This document shows, piece by piece, positions 28,131 to 38,656 of a stretch of DNA of 64,000 nucleotides. Numbering within the stretch: position 1 is the first letter of the stretch; each line of letters begins with the position of its first letter. The translations under genes were made by a program, and so were the position numbers. Source of the DNA: a virus; the IMG/VR virus record IMGVR_UViG_3300028392_000036, positions 1-64,000 of that record. One strand, written 5' to 3'. The notes under the pieces were generated by a model. The model saw only the letters and a list, made by a program, of their open reading frames with translations. It had not been told where the DNA came from and did not search any database.

Positions 28131-28766
28131 ATGAATCCGTTAAACAACAAATATGCTAAATGGTATTATCAATTAATTGAATTTGCACGTCAGCGTGATT
28201 TATCTTTTGACATTTATAAAGAACGACATCACATTATTCCTCGATCTCTCGGTGGGAATAATCGCAAGGAAAATATAGTCAATCTTTTACCACGTGAACA
28301 TTTTGTTGCACACCTATTGTTATCTAAAATGTTTGACGGTCAGGAAAAATTTAAAATGTGGAAAGCATTTAACATGATGCTTACTGAAAATACAGTTGAT
28401 CAAACTCGTTACACACCAACATCTCGTTTTTATGAATTAGCAAGAAAGTTAGTCGGTGCGGCATCGTCGGATTGTAACAAAGGTCGCATACCTTGGAACA
28501 AAGGAATTCCTCGTAGTGAAACGGTAAAAAAAGCAGTAAGCGATGCTAACAAAGGAAAAATTCCGTGGAACAAAGGAAATGATAGATCTGCTAACGATAA
28601 ACAACGTATGAAAGATGGTTGGGAAAAACGAATTGAGAATGGATTTGTGCCACATAATAAAGGCAAAAAACAAACTACAATTTTTTGCGAGAATTGTAGA
28701 ACAGAGATTGGCGGAGTTGGTAATTATACTCGGTGGCATGGACCAAATTGTAAAAAGGTAAAATAA
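28131..28766 (+). mobile_element. Free-standing HNH homing endonuclease
   Basis: ERHHIIPRSLGGNN..NIV.LLPREHFVAHLLL; PWNKG repeats; C-terminal CENC..RWHG.NC; related to the HNH at 25161-25757. Confidence 0.88.
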
Positions 28767-29335
28767 TGAGTGCTGATATAGATTTAGATTTTGCTGACAG
28801 AGAAGATGTGCTGAAATTGATCTCTCATACTCCTGCACGACAAAGCAATGGTAGGAAACACAACTCGGGTATCTATGTAACAGACATACCTGTGGATCCT
28901 GTTGCAGGCTGTGCGTCACTAGATTCAGAAACTGCTGAATCTCGTGGATACTTTAAACTGGACTTTTTGAATATGAGTGTGTACCAGTTGGTTCGGGATC
29001 CTGCACACTATGAAGCCATGCTCATGGCCACACCACCTTGGCAACGATTGTGGACAGATGGTGCTTGGGCTAGTCAACTGGTACACGTGGGCAACTACAC
29101 AGACCTGCTGAAAAAGATGAGGCCAGATAGCATACCTAGGATGGCTGCTTTTATCTCAATTATACGTCCAGGTAAAGCACATTTACAAATGAAACCCTGG
29201 AATGAAGTGTTTGAGAGTGTGTGGGACGGAGATGACTCGCAAGGCTATACATTTAAGAAAAGCCACGCAGTTTCCTACGCGGCCCTGGTAGTACTACACA
29301 TGAATCTCACTAGTCAAGACGTCGCACGAGCGTAA
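28766..29335 (+). CDS. Miniature DNA polymerase III alpha (DnaE)-like protein
   Basis: DIDLD, KHNSG, KLDFL, IIRPG and YTFKKSHAVSY motifs in DnaE order. Confidence 0.75.
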   Translation: MSADIDLDFADREDVLKLISHTPARQSNGRKHNSGIYVTDIPVDPVAGCASLDSETAESRGYFKLDFLNMSVYQLVRDPAHYEAMLMATPPWQRLWTDGAWASQLVHVGNYTDLLKKMRPDSIPRMAAFISIIRPGKAHLQMKPWNEVFESVWDGDDSQGYTFKKSHAVSYAALVVLHMNLTSQDVARA

Positions 29336-29687
29336 TTGATTTTCTTTTTGATTTCTTGCGTACTATGTCCAGCAGGCTACAAGCTGGGCCGTGTAAGATT
29401 TCCAAATCTTTGTTGACAAAAGTACGCAGGGTGTAGCGGAACTGTTCCCAATCTTTGCGCAGGAATATGTTTATGGGGATAGATCTATTGCTTTCCCACC
29501 ACCAAGTACTTGCTAGTTCTAGAAATAATACCTTGGATTCTTGGTCCAAGATGCTGCCAAAGTCGTAGATAGTGGTGACGATATCGTCCCTGTTCTGCAC
29601 TACACCCAGATATTCTGCATTGGCATAAACGCACAATGTCATAAAAGGATATTTTTCTGTCAATTTTTCAAAGATATTGTTACCCAT
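29310..29687 (-). CDS. Hypothetical protein
   Basis: 125 aa, WWWESNRSIPINIFL, basic C-terminus. Confidence 0.7.
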   Translation of the reverse strand: MGNNIFEKLTEKYPFMTLCVYANAEYLGVVQNRDDIVTTIYDFGSILDQESKVLFLELASTWWWESNRSIPINIFLRKDWEQFRYTLRTFVNKDLEILHGPACSLLDIVRKKSKRKSITLVRRLD

Positions 29688-29707
29688 AAATACTTGCTGA
29701 GGATCCT

Positions 29708-30778
29708 ATGTATTCAACCACCGTTTACTTATACCAACAACTCGTCCGGGTACTTTTGATAGACACCAGTGGCGGATATTTTACAGCGAGGTACGACCCA
29801 GTGTACGCAAAACAATTAACAATCAACAAGGGAGTGGATAACGTTCTGCTCTTTGAATTTATCAATCAAGACCAGAAGCCTGTGAATATTGCAGGCTCTA
29901 GTTTTGTTTTCCGTGTGGTAAATCAAACAGGAGATGAACTCCTAGTTACCAAGCCCATGGACATCTTGAGTTCTGCCCTGGGCAGAGTCAAAGTTGTGCT
30001 CGGCAACGAAGATACTATTAATATACAAGCACAACCTGCCAGTTACAGTATACAGCGCACAGCAGGTGACTATGTGCAAGCCGCTTATACAGATGCCAAC
30101 AGCCAAGCCAGAGCAGACTGCAACATTGTGGATTCAGTATTGCCCCAACACATTCCGGCCGCAGAATGTACTGTGCCCGATATGTATGGCAAGAACAACT
30201 ACTTTGGTATAGGACCAACACAATGGCCGGACTGGGCATTAACACCACAGCCGATCAATGCCATTCAAGCAACTGAATTCTATAGCAGTTTTATGCCTAC
30301 TAACGGCTCAAGTTTGACCACAGTCAAGTATGACCTGGTGGGCTACACAGGCACAGTCAAAGTACAAGCCGCCCAGAACTACGAATCAATTTGGTATAAT
30401 GTCACTGCATCAAGACAGTACCTTAGTGAAACTGTAAGTGATTACTTTAATGTAGTTGGATTCCATCCACTCCTGCGCCTGGCGTTCAACAACTCGATTG
30501 GGTATGGCGCACAAGGTAATGTACAAGTTTCTGGTGGTGTGGTAACTGGGATCAGTATTACCAACGCAGGTGTTGGTTATGTGGCACCCCCGCTGATCCA
30601 AATACTTGGTGACGGTTCTGGAGCAACAGCAACTTGTACAATTGGTGACAATAACCAAATTTCGGGTGTGACCGTCACCAATGGTGGATCGGGATATCTA
30701 CCAGTGCAATTTCAAAGTAATGTAAGTGCCACAGCAGTATTCACAAACGGACGAGTTCAAAACGTTCAATATCGTTGA
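29708..30778 (+). CDS. Virion structural protein (tail/baseplate-associated)
   Basis: TAAATA upstream; duplicated (V/I).G(I/V).(I/V)TN.G.GY beta repeat. Confidence 0.6.
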   Translation: MYSTTVYLYQQLVRVLLIDTSGGYFTARYDPVYAKQLTINKGVDNVLLFEFINQDQKPVNIAGSSFVFRVVNQTGDELLVTKPMDILSSALGRVKVVLGNEDTINIQAQPASYSIQRTAGDYVQAAYTDANSQARADCNIVDSVLPQHIPAAECTVPDMYGKNNYFGIGPTQWPDWALTPQPINAIQATEFYSSFMPTNGSSLTTVKYDLVGYTGTVKVQAAQNYESIWYNVTASRQYLSETVSDYFNVVGFHPLLRLAFNNSIGYGAQGNVQVSGGVVTGISITNAGVGYVAPPLIQILGDGSGATATCTIGDNNQISGVTVTNGGSGYLPVQFQSNVSATAVFTNGRVQNVQYR

Positions 30779-30803
30779 TCTAGTGTGATTAATCTGTTAT
30801 ACT
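30775..30803 (+). promoter_or_regulatory. sigma70 promoter for primase (probably leaderless)
   Basis: TTGATC-N17-TATACT, with ATG 6 nt downstream. Confidence 0.65.
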
Positions 30804-30809
30804 ATACAG

Positions 30810-31799
30810 ATGCTAGATGTCCTTGCTTACCTACCTGCAAAAAGAAAACCCAGTCCACAAGGTTGGCTGAGTTTCAATGCAGTATGTTGTACACATAACG
30901 GTAACACTCCGGACAAACGTGGGCGTGGCGGTATCAAGGTAACCGAACAAGGTTGGAGTTATCATTGCTTCAACTGCTCATACACAGCCAGTTTTGTTCT
31001 GGGCCGCACAGTTAGTTTCAAGGCTAAAAGATTATTGTCGTGGATGGGTGTGCCAGACAATGAGGTTGACGTGCTTAATCTCGAAAGCCTACGTCATCGT
31101 AGCATTCACGGCATCCTAGAAGATCGCCAGCGAGTATTCAACACACTCAGTGCTATAGAGTTTGAAGAGGCAGATGACTTTCCACCGTGTTCAGAAGTAG
31201 TTACTACAGAACACCCTTATTACTGGAACTACATTCGTCAGCGTGGTGTGCCGGAAGACTTTCCTATAATGACATCAATCAAGAACGATGGCGTTCATTG
31301 GGTTAGACCGTTTGTATTGGTTCCGTTTACCTATGACAACCGGGTAGTAGGTTGGACTGCTAGATTTTTAGACAACAAGCAACCCAAATACATCAATCAC
31401 TCACAACCGGGTTATGTGTTTGGTACAGACTTACAACACTCCAATTGGCAACATGTGCTAGTGATGGAAGGTATCTTTGACGCACTATCAATTGGTGGGC
31501 TTGCAGTAATGCACAATACCATCAGCGATAGTCAAGCAAGGCTAATTCGCAGTCTTGGACGTGAAGTCACTGTGGTACCCGATCAAGATATAGCAGGTGT
31601 AGAATTAATAGATCGTGCTGTGGAACTGGGTTGGGCAGTGAGCATACCCGAGTGGCCGGCGGGTTTTAAAGATGTCAATGACGCTGTGATAAAATTAGGA
31701 AAATTAGGAGCCTTGCTAACTATTATGCAAGCAAGAGAAACTAGTAAAATTAAAATAGAGATAAGGAAGAAACAACTTGTTAAAAGACTACGGACTTGA
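30810..31799 (+). CDS. DNA primase (gp61-like)
   Basis: Zn-binding CC..YHCFNC; TOPRIM EGIFDA, PDQD.AG, KDVND. Confidence 0.9.
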   Translation: MLDVLAYLPAKRKPSPQGWLSFNAVCCTHNGNTPDKRGRGGIKVTEQGWSYHCFNCSYTASFVLGRTVSFKAKRLLSWMGVPDNEVDVLNLESLRHRSIHGILEDRQRVFNTLSAIEFEEADDFPPCSEVVTTEHPYYWNYIRQRGVPEDFPIMTSIKNDGVHWVRPFVLVPFTYDNRVVGWTARFLDNKQPKYINHSQPGYVFGTDLQHSNWQHVLVMEGIFDALSIGGLAVMHNTISDSQARLIRSLGREVTVVPDQDIAGVELIDRAVELGWAVSIPEWPAGFKDVNDAVIKLGKLGALLTIMQARETSKIKIEIRKKQLVKRLRT

Positions 31800-33216
31800 T
31801 GTCCAAAGATTATTTCTAGAAATGATGTTGGAAGATGCAAGCAGTTATGTGCGTGTGCAAAACATTTATAACCCACAAAACTTTGACCGTAGTCTAAGAC
31901 CAGCGGCTGAGTTTATTAAAGAACACACAGACAAACACAAGACCATGCCCGACAGGACACAGATAAGTGCAACCACAGGCATTAAACTTGCACCAGTGCC
32001 AGATCTAAATGAAGGGCACTTTGACTGGTTCATGGGCGAGTTTGAAGCATTTACTCGACGCCAAGAACTTGAACGTGCAATTTTAAAATCAGCGGACTTA
32101 CTGGAAAAAGGTGAGTTTGAACCAGTTGAAAAACTTATCAAAGATGCAGTACAAATATCGCTTACTAAAGACATGGGCACGGATTACTTTGCTGATCCTG
32201 CGGCTCGCATTAACAAATACTTCAACTCGGGTGGGCAAGTCTCAACAGGCTGGCCGCAACTAGACAGACTGCTGTATGGCGGATTCAGTCGCGGTGAACT
32301 AAACATCTTTGCTGGAGGATCTGGTTCTGGTAAGTCATTGGTTATGATGAACATTGCATTGAACTGGTTGCAACAAGGACTGAGTGGCGTTTACATCACA
32401 CTAGAACTGAGTGAAGAACTTACAAGTTTGCGAACAGATGCTATGTTGACTAATATGAGTACAAAGGATATCCGCAAGGATATTGACACAACAGAACTCA
32501 AGGTTAAACTGATCGCTAAAAAGTCTGGGCAATATCGGGTTAAAGCATTGCCGGCGCAAAGCAACATCAACGACATCCGTAGTTATATTAAAGAAGTACA
32601 AATTCAAACAGGGATTAAAGTAGACTTTATGATGATTGACTATTTGGACTTGTTGATGCCCGTGAGTGCCAAGGTCAGCCCCAACGACTTGTTTGTGAAA
32701 GACAAGTATGTTTCAGAAGAACTACGAAACTTGGCCAAAGAACTTGGGGTGCTAATGGTCACGGCGTCGCAGTTGAATCGTAGTGCAGTGGAAGAAATTG
32801 AATTTGACCACTCGCACATTTCGGGTGGTATATCCAAGATCAATACTGCGGACAATGTGTTTGGTATTTTTACAAGCCGTGCCATGAAAGAACGTGGCAA
32901 GTATCAAATACAATGTATGAAATCACGCTCATCAACTGGTGTGGGACAAAAGATTGATTTGGAATACAATATTGAAACCATGCGTATCACAGACGAGGGC
33001 GGCGACGAAGGCACAGGTTATAACAAGCCACAGAGTTCAATTATGGATTCAATCAAAGCTCGCAGTCAAGTTAAACCTGCGGAGGGCGATGCTAGTTCGC
33101 CGCCTTGGGAAAGAGCCAAGCCCCGAGAAGACTTTGATCTAGAAACACCCAAGGTCACAGCAGATGTGCAAAGTGCAAAACTAAAACAACTGCTGGGACA
33201 GATCAAACAGTCATAA
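31777..33216 (+). CDS. Replicative DnaB-like helicase (gp41-like)
   Basis: GGSGSGKS, ITLELSE, IDYLDL, TASQLNR, KSR. Confidence 0.93.
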   Translation: MLKDYGLDVQRLFLEMMLEDASSYVRVQNIYNPQNFDRSLRPAAEFIKEHTDKHKTMPDRTQISATTGIKLAPVPDLNEGHFDWFMGEFEAFTRRQELERAILKSADLLEKGEFEPVEKLIKDAVQISLTKDMGTDYFADPAARINKYFNSGGQVSTGWPQLDRLLYGGFSRGELNIFAGGSGSGKSLVMMNIALNWLQQGLSGVYITLELSEELTSLRTDAMLTNMSTKDIRKDIDTTELKVKLIAKKSGQYRVKALPAQSNINDIRSYIKEVQIQTGIKVDFMMIDYLDLLMPVSAKVSPNDLFVKDKYVSEELRNLAKELGVLMVTASQLNRSAVEEIEFDHSHISGGISKINTADNVFGIFTSRAMKERGKYQIQCMKSRSSTGVGQKIDLEYNIETMRITDEGGDEGTGYNKPQSSIMDSIKARSQVKPAEGDASSPPWERAKPREDFDLETPKVTADVQSAKLKQLLGQIKQS

Positions 33217-33217
33217 T

Positions 33218-33730
33218 ATGATGAATCAGTCTGCATTGGATAATGCTGTGTGTCTTACGCAAGATCTGTATCATGTGCATGATTTATTAAATGAACACAC
33301 ACTCGCAACAATTCTGCAACAACTAGAATTGCAAACACACTGGCAATCGGTGTTGATGCAAGAAAACAAGCCTAGGAAGTCACTGTCATGGATTGACAAT
33401 GGATTGCTGGATCAGATATGGTGCATGCTTGACAAGTTAGATTATTCAAGATTTGGATTAAAATTTACACATGTGTCGTTGTGGAAAGATCAACATCCGT
33501 ATTTCATTGGACAACATGTTGACAACGATCAAGTGTCGGCAGCCATGCAAATTTACCTCAATTCGGGACTAGCTGAATTAGGCACTTGGTTTGAAGGTAT
33601 ACCAATTCCTTTTGTTCCAAACTCCGGGTATATCATGCACAATCGAAACAAATTAAAACATGGCATGAAGCATGCTGTACCACCAGGATTCGTTCGATAC
33701 AGTTTGTACGCATTATTTGACTATGTATAA
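33218..33730 (+). CDS. 2OG-Fe(II) oxygenase-like protein
   Basis: HVD...MQIYL...KHGM...RYSLY facial-triad pattern. Confidence 0.75.
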   Translation: MMNQSALDNAVCLTQDLYHVHDLLNEHTLATILQQLELQTHWQSVLMQENKPRKSLSWIDNGLLDQIWCMLDKLDYSRFGLKFTHVSLWKDQHPYFIGQHVDNDQVSAAMQIYLNSGLAELGTWFEGIPIPFVPNSGYIMHNRNKLKHGMKHAVPPGFVRYSLYALFDYV

Positions 33731-34751
33731 TATCTCAGACATTCGTGATGTACACTTAGAAATATCTAGTTTATGCAATGCCGCCTGTCCATTGTGTCCT
33801 AGAAACTTTTACAGTTATCCTTACAACGATGGATACATTGAACACAACATGACGTTGGCAGAAGCAAAACAAATATTTGCCCCGGCCTTTTTACAACAAA
33901 TTAACACAATAAACATCAACGGAAATTTTGGAGATGCAGTAATGAATCCTGAAACTGTTGATATTGTTGAATATTTTAAAAAAGCAAATCCTGATATCAC
34001 AATCATAATGAGTACCAATGGTGGTGCTCGAGACACAACGTACTGGCAACAATTGGCTGTGTTAGGAGTCCAAGTTGATTTTTGCCTGGATGGTCTTGAA
34101 GACACACACAGCCTGTACAGACAAAACACGATCTACGGCACAGTGATCAAAAATGCCAAGGCATTTATTGCAGCCGGCGGCTTGGCTGTCTGGAAAATGA
34201 TTCGGTTTGATCACAACGCTCATCAAATTGATCAGGCTCGTTTGCTGAGCAAGCAAATGGGTTTTGCAGATTTTAAGATTCATGACCACGGTCGTGATCA
34301 GGCACCGGTATTTGATTTGAACCAACAAGTAAAACATACTATTGGTAAACCACAACAAACTGAATTTTCAATATTGTGGAAGTCAAGAACACAAGATGAA
34401 GTTTTGCTTGAAGATGTGGTTGGTCAGCGCACGCCAGCACCGATCAAGTGCAAGGTTGTGTCAAGGAAATCTTTGTATGTGTCCAGCACTGGCGATGTTT
34501 ACCCTTGCTGTTGGCTAGGATTCAATCCAAAAAATTATGGACATGGTAATTACCATCAAGCGGCCAATGCACAGTTCAAACACTTTGTGGTCGAAAACAA
34601 TGCACTTGACCATGATCTTGAGCATTGTATTCAGTGGTTCAACAACATAGAGCAAAGTTGGCACAAGCCCAGTTTTGAATCAGGACGACTGATTATCTGC
34701 AATGACGTCTGTGGCGTTAAGACGCAACACCTTCAATCACAGCAAAAGTGA
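33723..34751 (+). CDS. Radical SAM protein with C-terminal SPASM/twitch
   Basis: CNAACPLC, GNFGDA, STNGG, LDG, GDVYPCC. Confidence 0.9.
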   Translation: MYNISDIRDVHLEISSLCNAACPLCPRNFYSYPYNDGYIEHNMTLAEAKQIFAPAFLQQINTININGNFGDAVMNPETVDIVEYFKKANPDITIIMSTNGGARDTTYWQQLAVLGVQVDFCLDGLEDTHSLYRQNTIYGTVIKNAKAFIAAGGLAVWKMIRFDHNAHQIDQARLLSKQMGFADFKIHDHGRDQAPVFDLNQQVKHTIGKPQQTEFSILWKSRTQDEVLLEDVVGQRTPAPIKCKVVSRKSLYVSSTGDVYPCCWLGFNPKNYGHGNYHQAANAQFKHFVVENNALDHDLEHCIQWFNNIEQSWHKPSFESGRLIICNDVCGVKTQHLQSQQK

Positions 34752-35634
34752 ATACAGGTGCATCAGTGGCTGTACCACTTGCGGCAGAGAATGTGATTCT
34801 GAAACTGCCATCTGCCACTGCACTGATGTATGTTTCGTAGATGTTGGTACCTGATTTCTGATTGACGATGATCACATCATTTGCAGTCACTAGACTGTTG
34901 GTCACTGTGAAAGAAGTATATGCAGAAGTACCTGCCGCAGAATACAAAGTGATAGCACCGCACTTTTTGTTGAGTGTGACACCGGTTGTGCGTGATGATG
35001 TTTGTGTTACAGCACCACCAGCACCAGCAACAAAGCCAACTCCTAGCCCTGCACCAGCCAGTAGTGGTCGAATCAAATCATAGATGGCAATTGTGGTACC
35101 TGAATCCACACTGCTGAAAGCAAATCTATAGGTTCCAGTGGCACCAAATGTGATAACGTTGGCAGCATATCCTTGTATGCCAGTGGTTCCCACACTCACT
35201 GCACCGGGTAATGTAACTGTGTAAGCAGTATTGGTCACAACAAAGTCAACATAAACAACACCTTCTGATCCTGAAGCAGGCCAGTTTGAAAAACTCAAAC
35301 TAACATTAGCAGTGGGCGCAATCAACTGATACTGTCCAGCTGAATAATCAATGGGGATAGCACCTGCAGTCACAGTTTGTTGCACATAGGTGTAACTGAC
35401 ATCTTGTAATTTAACGGCGTATATTAAATTATCCGCCATGTTGTTGTCAAGTGTGGTGCCGGTTAACGCGGCTTTGAAAACACCTTTGTTTTCCAAGTCA
35501 GTGATCTCATTTTTTGCTGTTGTAAAGTTAGTTTTGATGTTGGTAAAATTATCTCTAAAGCCCTGTGTGTTATTGGGCTGGCCAGCAACGGGGTATGTAC
35601 CGTCTATGTTGTTGGGGTTGATTTGACTTGTCAT
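34717..35634 (-). CDS. Virion structural protein
   Basis: YPVAGQPNNTQGFRDNF N-terminus; T/A/G-rich beta body; minus-strand TAAATA at 35661-35656. Confidence 0.65.
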   Translation of the reverse strand: MTSQINPNNIDGTYPVAGQPNNTQGFRDNFTNIKTNFTTAKNEITDLENKGVFKAALTGTTLDNNMADNLIYAVKLQDVSYTYVQQTVTAGAIPIDYSAGQYQLIAPTANVSLSFSNWPASGSEGVVYVDFVVTNTAYTVTLPGAVSVGTTGIQGYAANVITFGATGTYRFAFSSVDSGTTIAIYDLIRPLLAGAGLGVGFVAGAGGAVTQTSSRTTGVTLNKKCGAITLYSAAGTSAYTSFTVTNSLVTANDVIIVNQKSGTNIYETYISAVADGSFRITFSAASGTATDAPVFTFAVIEGVAS

Positions 35635-35704
35635 TGAGTATTCCTGTATAATAGATATTTATTAGAATCCCTAAAGCACTAAATAATCCAAAGGCCCAGA
35701 TCGA

Positions 35705-35953
35705 ATGCAGAAAAAGACCCGAAGTTTGCTGGAAGAATTAGATTCAATGTATGTGGAGCGGGATCGCCGCCTGATCATTGAAACTAGAGCTGACAGCGTG
35801 ATTGTCAGTGCCATACGCTTGATTGAACAAATTGAATCAGAGTTTGGACCTGAGCAAGCAGACAACCTCACACGCAAACTGCTCAATGCCATACGCACCA
35901 AAGATGCCGGCAAGTTTTCAAGATCTGTCAGGAGAACCAATGCAGATTCATGA
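35705..35953 (+). CDS. Hypothetical protein
   Basis: 82 aa, helical; TAAATA at 35680-35685. Confidence 0.7.
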   Translation: MQKKTRSLLEELDSMYVERDRRLIIETRADSVIVSAIRLIEQIESEFGPEQADNLTRKLLNAIRTKDAGKFSRSVRRTNADS

Positions 35954-36689
35954 AATAACCAAGCGTAACCTAAACGAAGCAGGATTTGGAGCAGGATTGG
36001 CCAGCGGCCTAACTTCGGCCCTAAGCAAGGTTGGAGTTGGTGGACCTGATGCTAGTGCGTATCAACAATCCAAAATAGGAGGCCCAGGTGGACAACCGGG
36101 TGCCTACAAAGCCACGGCTGGCCTGGTCAAAACACTAACAACAACCATGCAAACAGCCTGGGCACAGACTATAAAATCATATCTAGAACAAACCAAGGAT
36201 GAACAGGGTAATCCTGTCATGGGCATTGCACAGTTACCTCCTGCCGCACAATCAATGTTGCACAAAGATCTAATGGCAATGATCAATAACACCATACGTC
36301 CCAGTATGCGTAACTTTGATTATCAGACCATGGGCAATCAATCTAACGATCCTGATGTAGTGGGCGCAGCCGCAGATATCAAAGATACTATCGCTAAAAA
36401 TGCAGACAAAATTTATCAACTCACAGTCAGCGGCACTGCTAAAACAGCCCAACTGACTCAGTTGTTTCAAGACATGGTAACCAATGGTATAGCTCCAGCA
36501 CAGAATTTATTGACTTTTACAACACAAAGAATAACTCCTAAATGGGGCAGAGACCCCACAACTGGAGAGATCACCATTGACACTCGCGGCGGTCAACCTG
36601 AAGTATTCGATTCATCCAATCCTCAACACAAAGAAGCCTGGGCCGATATACAAAATGGCATGGCCTCAAAAGGCCATCCTCCGGTATGA
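35940..36689 (+). CDS. Putative internal head protein
   Basis: GGAG RBS; N-term MQIHEITKRNLNE-AG followed by a Gly-rich segment. Confidence 0.55.
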   Translation: MQIHEITKRNLNEAGFGAGLASGLTSALSKVGVGGPDASAYQQSKIGGPGGQPGAYKATAGLVKTLTTTMQTAWAQTIKSYLEQTKDEQGNPVMGIAQLPPAAQSMLHKDLMAMINNTIRPSMRNFDYQTMGNQSNDPDVVGAAADIKDTIAKNADKIYQLTVSGTAKTAQLTQLFQDMVTNGIAPAQNLLTFTTQRITPKWGRDPTTGEITIDTRGGQPEVFDSSNPQHKEAWADIQNGMASKGHPPV

Positions 36690-38593
36690 TCAATCTCAAC
36701 GAAGGTGGCAATGTTTTCAAAGATGCACAAGGACAGCCACTAACACAACGCATCAAACAAACTGATATTCCTTCCACAGTGGCCTGGTTGGAAAAACTTA
36801 CTGGACTAGATCTGTCAGCTACCAAGGACGAATTAGGTGTCCCAGTTAAATGGTTAGGATCAACTGGCAAAAAACCTGACTCAGGTGATCTGGATCTTGC
36901 TGTAGATTCCAACGAAATAACCAAGGCCGAGCTAAAAGGCCGACTAGATGCCTGGGCCACAAAGAACAAGCAAGACCCCAAAGCCTGGACAAAACTCACA
37001 GGCGAAGCAGTACATTTTAAAACACCCATACAAGGTGATCCCAAGCGTGGTTATGTACAAACGGACTTTATGTTCATGCCCAACATGGAATGGGGCACAT
37101 TCTGGCTGGGTGGCGGTGCAGGATCAGCATACAAAGGTGTGTTCCGTAACGTACTGATGTCAAGTATTGCCAAAGCACTAGGACTCAAAGCCTCAGCCAA
37201 AGGTATTATCAGTCGTCAAACAGACAAAATGGTCACAATGGATCCAGATCAAGCCGCTGGTATCTTGTTGAGCCCTAATCTCAATAGCCGTAAAAATCTC
37301 GCCACAGTAGAAAGCATTTACAAAGCACTGGCAATGGATCCTGACCGTGATGCCAAACTGGCAGACTTCCGTGAGTATCTTGCACGTGAAGGCGTAAAAG
37401 AACCCGAACAGGGAGTGGCCGAAAGTGATGTCAACTTCTTGGCTCGCCTGCGTGACCGTATTGTGAACCAGGGCTATGTTGCCCTGGTAGAAGCAGAACA
37501 AGCTGGTGTGGGTGGCAGAGCCAAGGGCATCGAGCACCTGGAAGATCTAGTGTTCCGTCGTGGTACACAAGGCATCCGAGACGCACTCGAAATTGTTAAA
37601 CATGCCACAACACAGCCGTCAACTGTGACAGCTAAATGGGACGGCAAACCTGCTGTGATATTTGGACGCAAACCTGCCACTGGAGAGTTTGTGCTAACTG
37701 ATGGATCGGGCTTTGAAGCCAAAGGCTACGATGGTCTAGCAACAAGTCCACAAATGATGGCTGACATACAAAGCCATCGACCGGGCGACAGAACTGAAAT
37801 AATTCAAATCTATGCCACATTGTTTCCTATACTAGAAGCCGCATTGCCGCCCAACTTCCGTGGCTATGTCAAAGGCGACTTGCTGTACATGCAGACACCT
37901 CCTAATATTTCTGGCAACTATGTGTTCCGTCCTAACACAGTAGAATACAAAATTCCTGCCAAGTCCCCACTGGGACAGCGCATCGGAAACTCAGATATCG
38001 GCATTGCTATTCACTCAATGTATGCCGACGCAGGTGATGCACGTCAACCGTTAAGTGGTGTACGTTTTAACGACGTTCCAGGATTGATGTTAGAAAAGCC
38101 AGCAAGTCCCAAGCAGTTACAAACTGAAACCAACGCCGAAAAACAACTCAAGGCGTTGATCAAAACACATGGCAAAAACATAGATATCTTGTTTAATCCT
38201 ACAGAATTGCGAGCACACAAGATTACAGATCTAGCAAAACTGTGTGTGGACTTTATCAACACCAAAGTTGGCAGCCCGCTTAATGGTGCTACACTATTGC
38301 CCGAGTTTGGAAAGTGGCTAGAAACCAAGGTGACCCCACAAAAGTTCCGCAATATTGTGGAATACTTGAATAGCCCTACATCTAATACCCCTGCACTGGC
38401 AGCCGCATTTAATGCGTTTAACTTGTTACACGATGTCAAAATGCACTTGTTACAGCAAGCAGATACCGAGCACCCGGGACAAGAAGGCTGGGTCATGGCC
38501 ACCCCTGTAGGCTATGCAAAAGCAGTAAACAGATTTGATCCCAACGCATTTGCCGCTCAAAACCGCCTGAGAAACAATCCTCAACAGGCGTGA
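36686..38593 (+). CDS. Pol-beta-like nucleotidyltransferase fused to ATP-dependent ligase-like domain
   Basis: LGSTGKKPDSGDLDLAV plus VQTDF; then HLED, KWDG, KGDLL, EGWV, KAVNR; QGVAESD linker between the two. Confidence 0.65.
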   Translation: MINLNEGGNVFKDAQGQPLTQRIKQTDIPSTVAWLEKLTGLDLSATKDELGVPVKWLGSTGKKPDSGDLDLAVDSNEITKAELKGRLDAWATKNKQDPKAWTKLTGEAVHFKTPIQGDPKRGYVQTDFMFMPNMEWGTFWLGGGAGSAYKGVFRNVLMSSIAKALGLKASAKGIISRQTDKMVTMDPDQAAGILLSPNLNSRKNLATVESIYKALAMDPDRDAKLADFREYLAREGVKEPEQGVAESDVNFLARLRDRIVNQGYVALVEAEQAGVGGRAKGIEHLEDLVFRRGTQGIRDALEIVKHATTQPSTVTAKWDGKPAVIFGRKPATGEFVLTDGSGFEAKGYDGLATSPQMMADIQSHRPGDRTEIIQIYATLFPILEAALPPNFRGYVKGDLLYMQTPPNISGNYVFRPNTVEYKIPAKSPLGQRIGNSDIGIAIHSMYADAGDARQPLSGVRFNDVPGLMLEKPASPKQLQTETNAEKQLKALIKTHGKNIDILFNPTELRAHKITDLAKLCVDFINTKVGSPLNGATLLPEFGKWLETKVTPQKFRNIVEYLNSPTSNTPALAAAFNAFNLLHDVKMHLLQQADTEHPGQEGWVMATPVGYAKAVNRFDPNAFAAQNRLRNNPQQA

Positions 38594-38656
38594 TTTTTCC
38601 AAACTGACTAAATAAAAGCAGGTCCTACAAGACCACTAACTTAAAGGAAAATCGAA

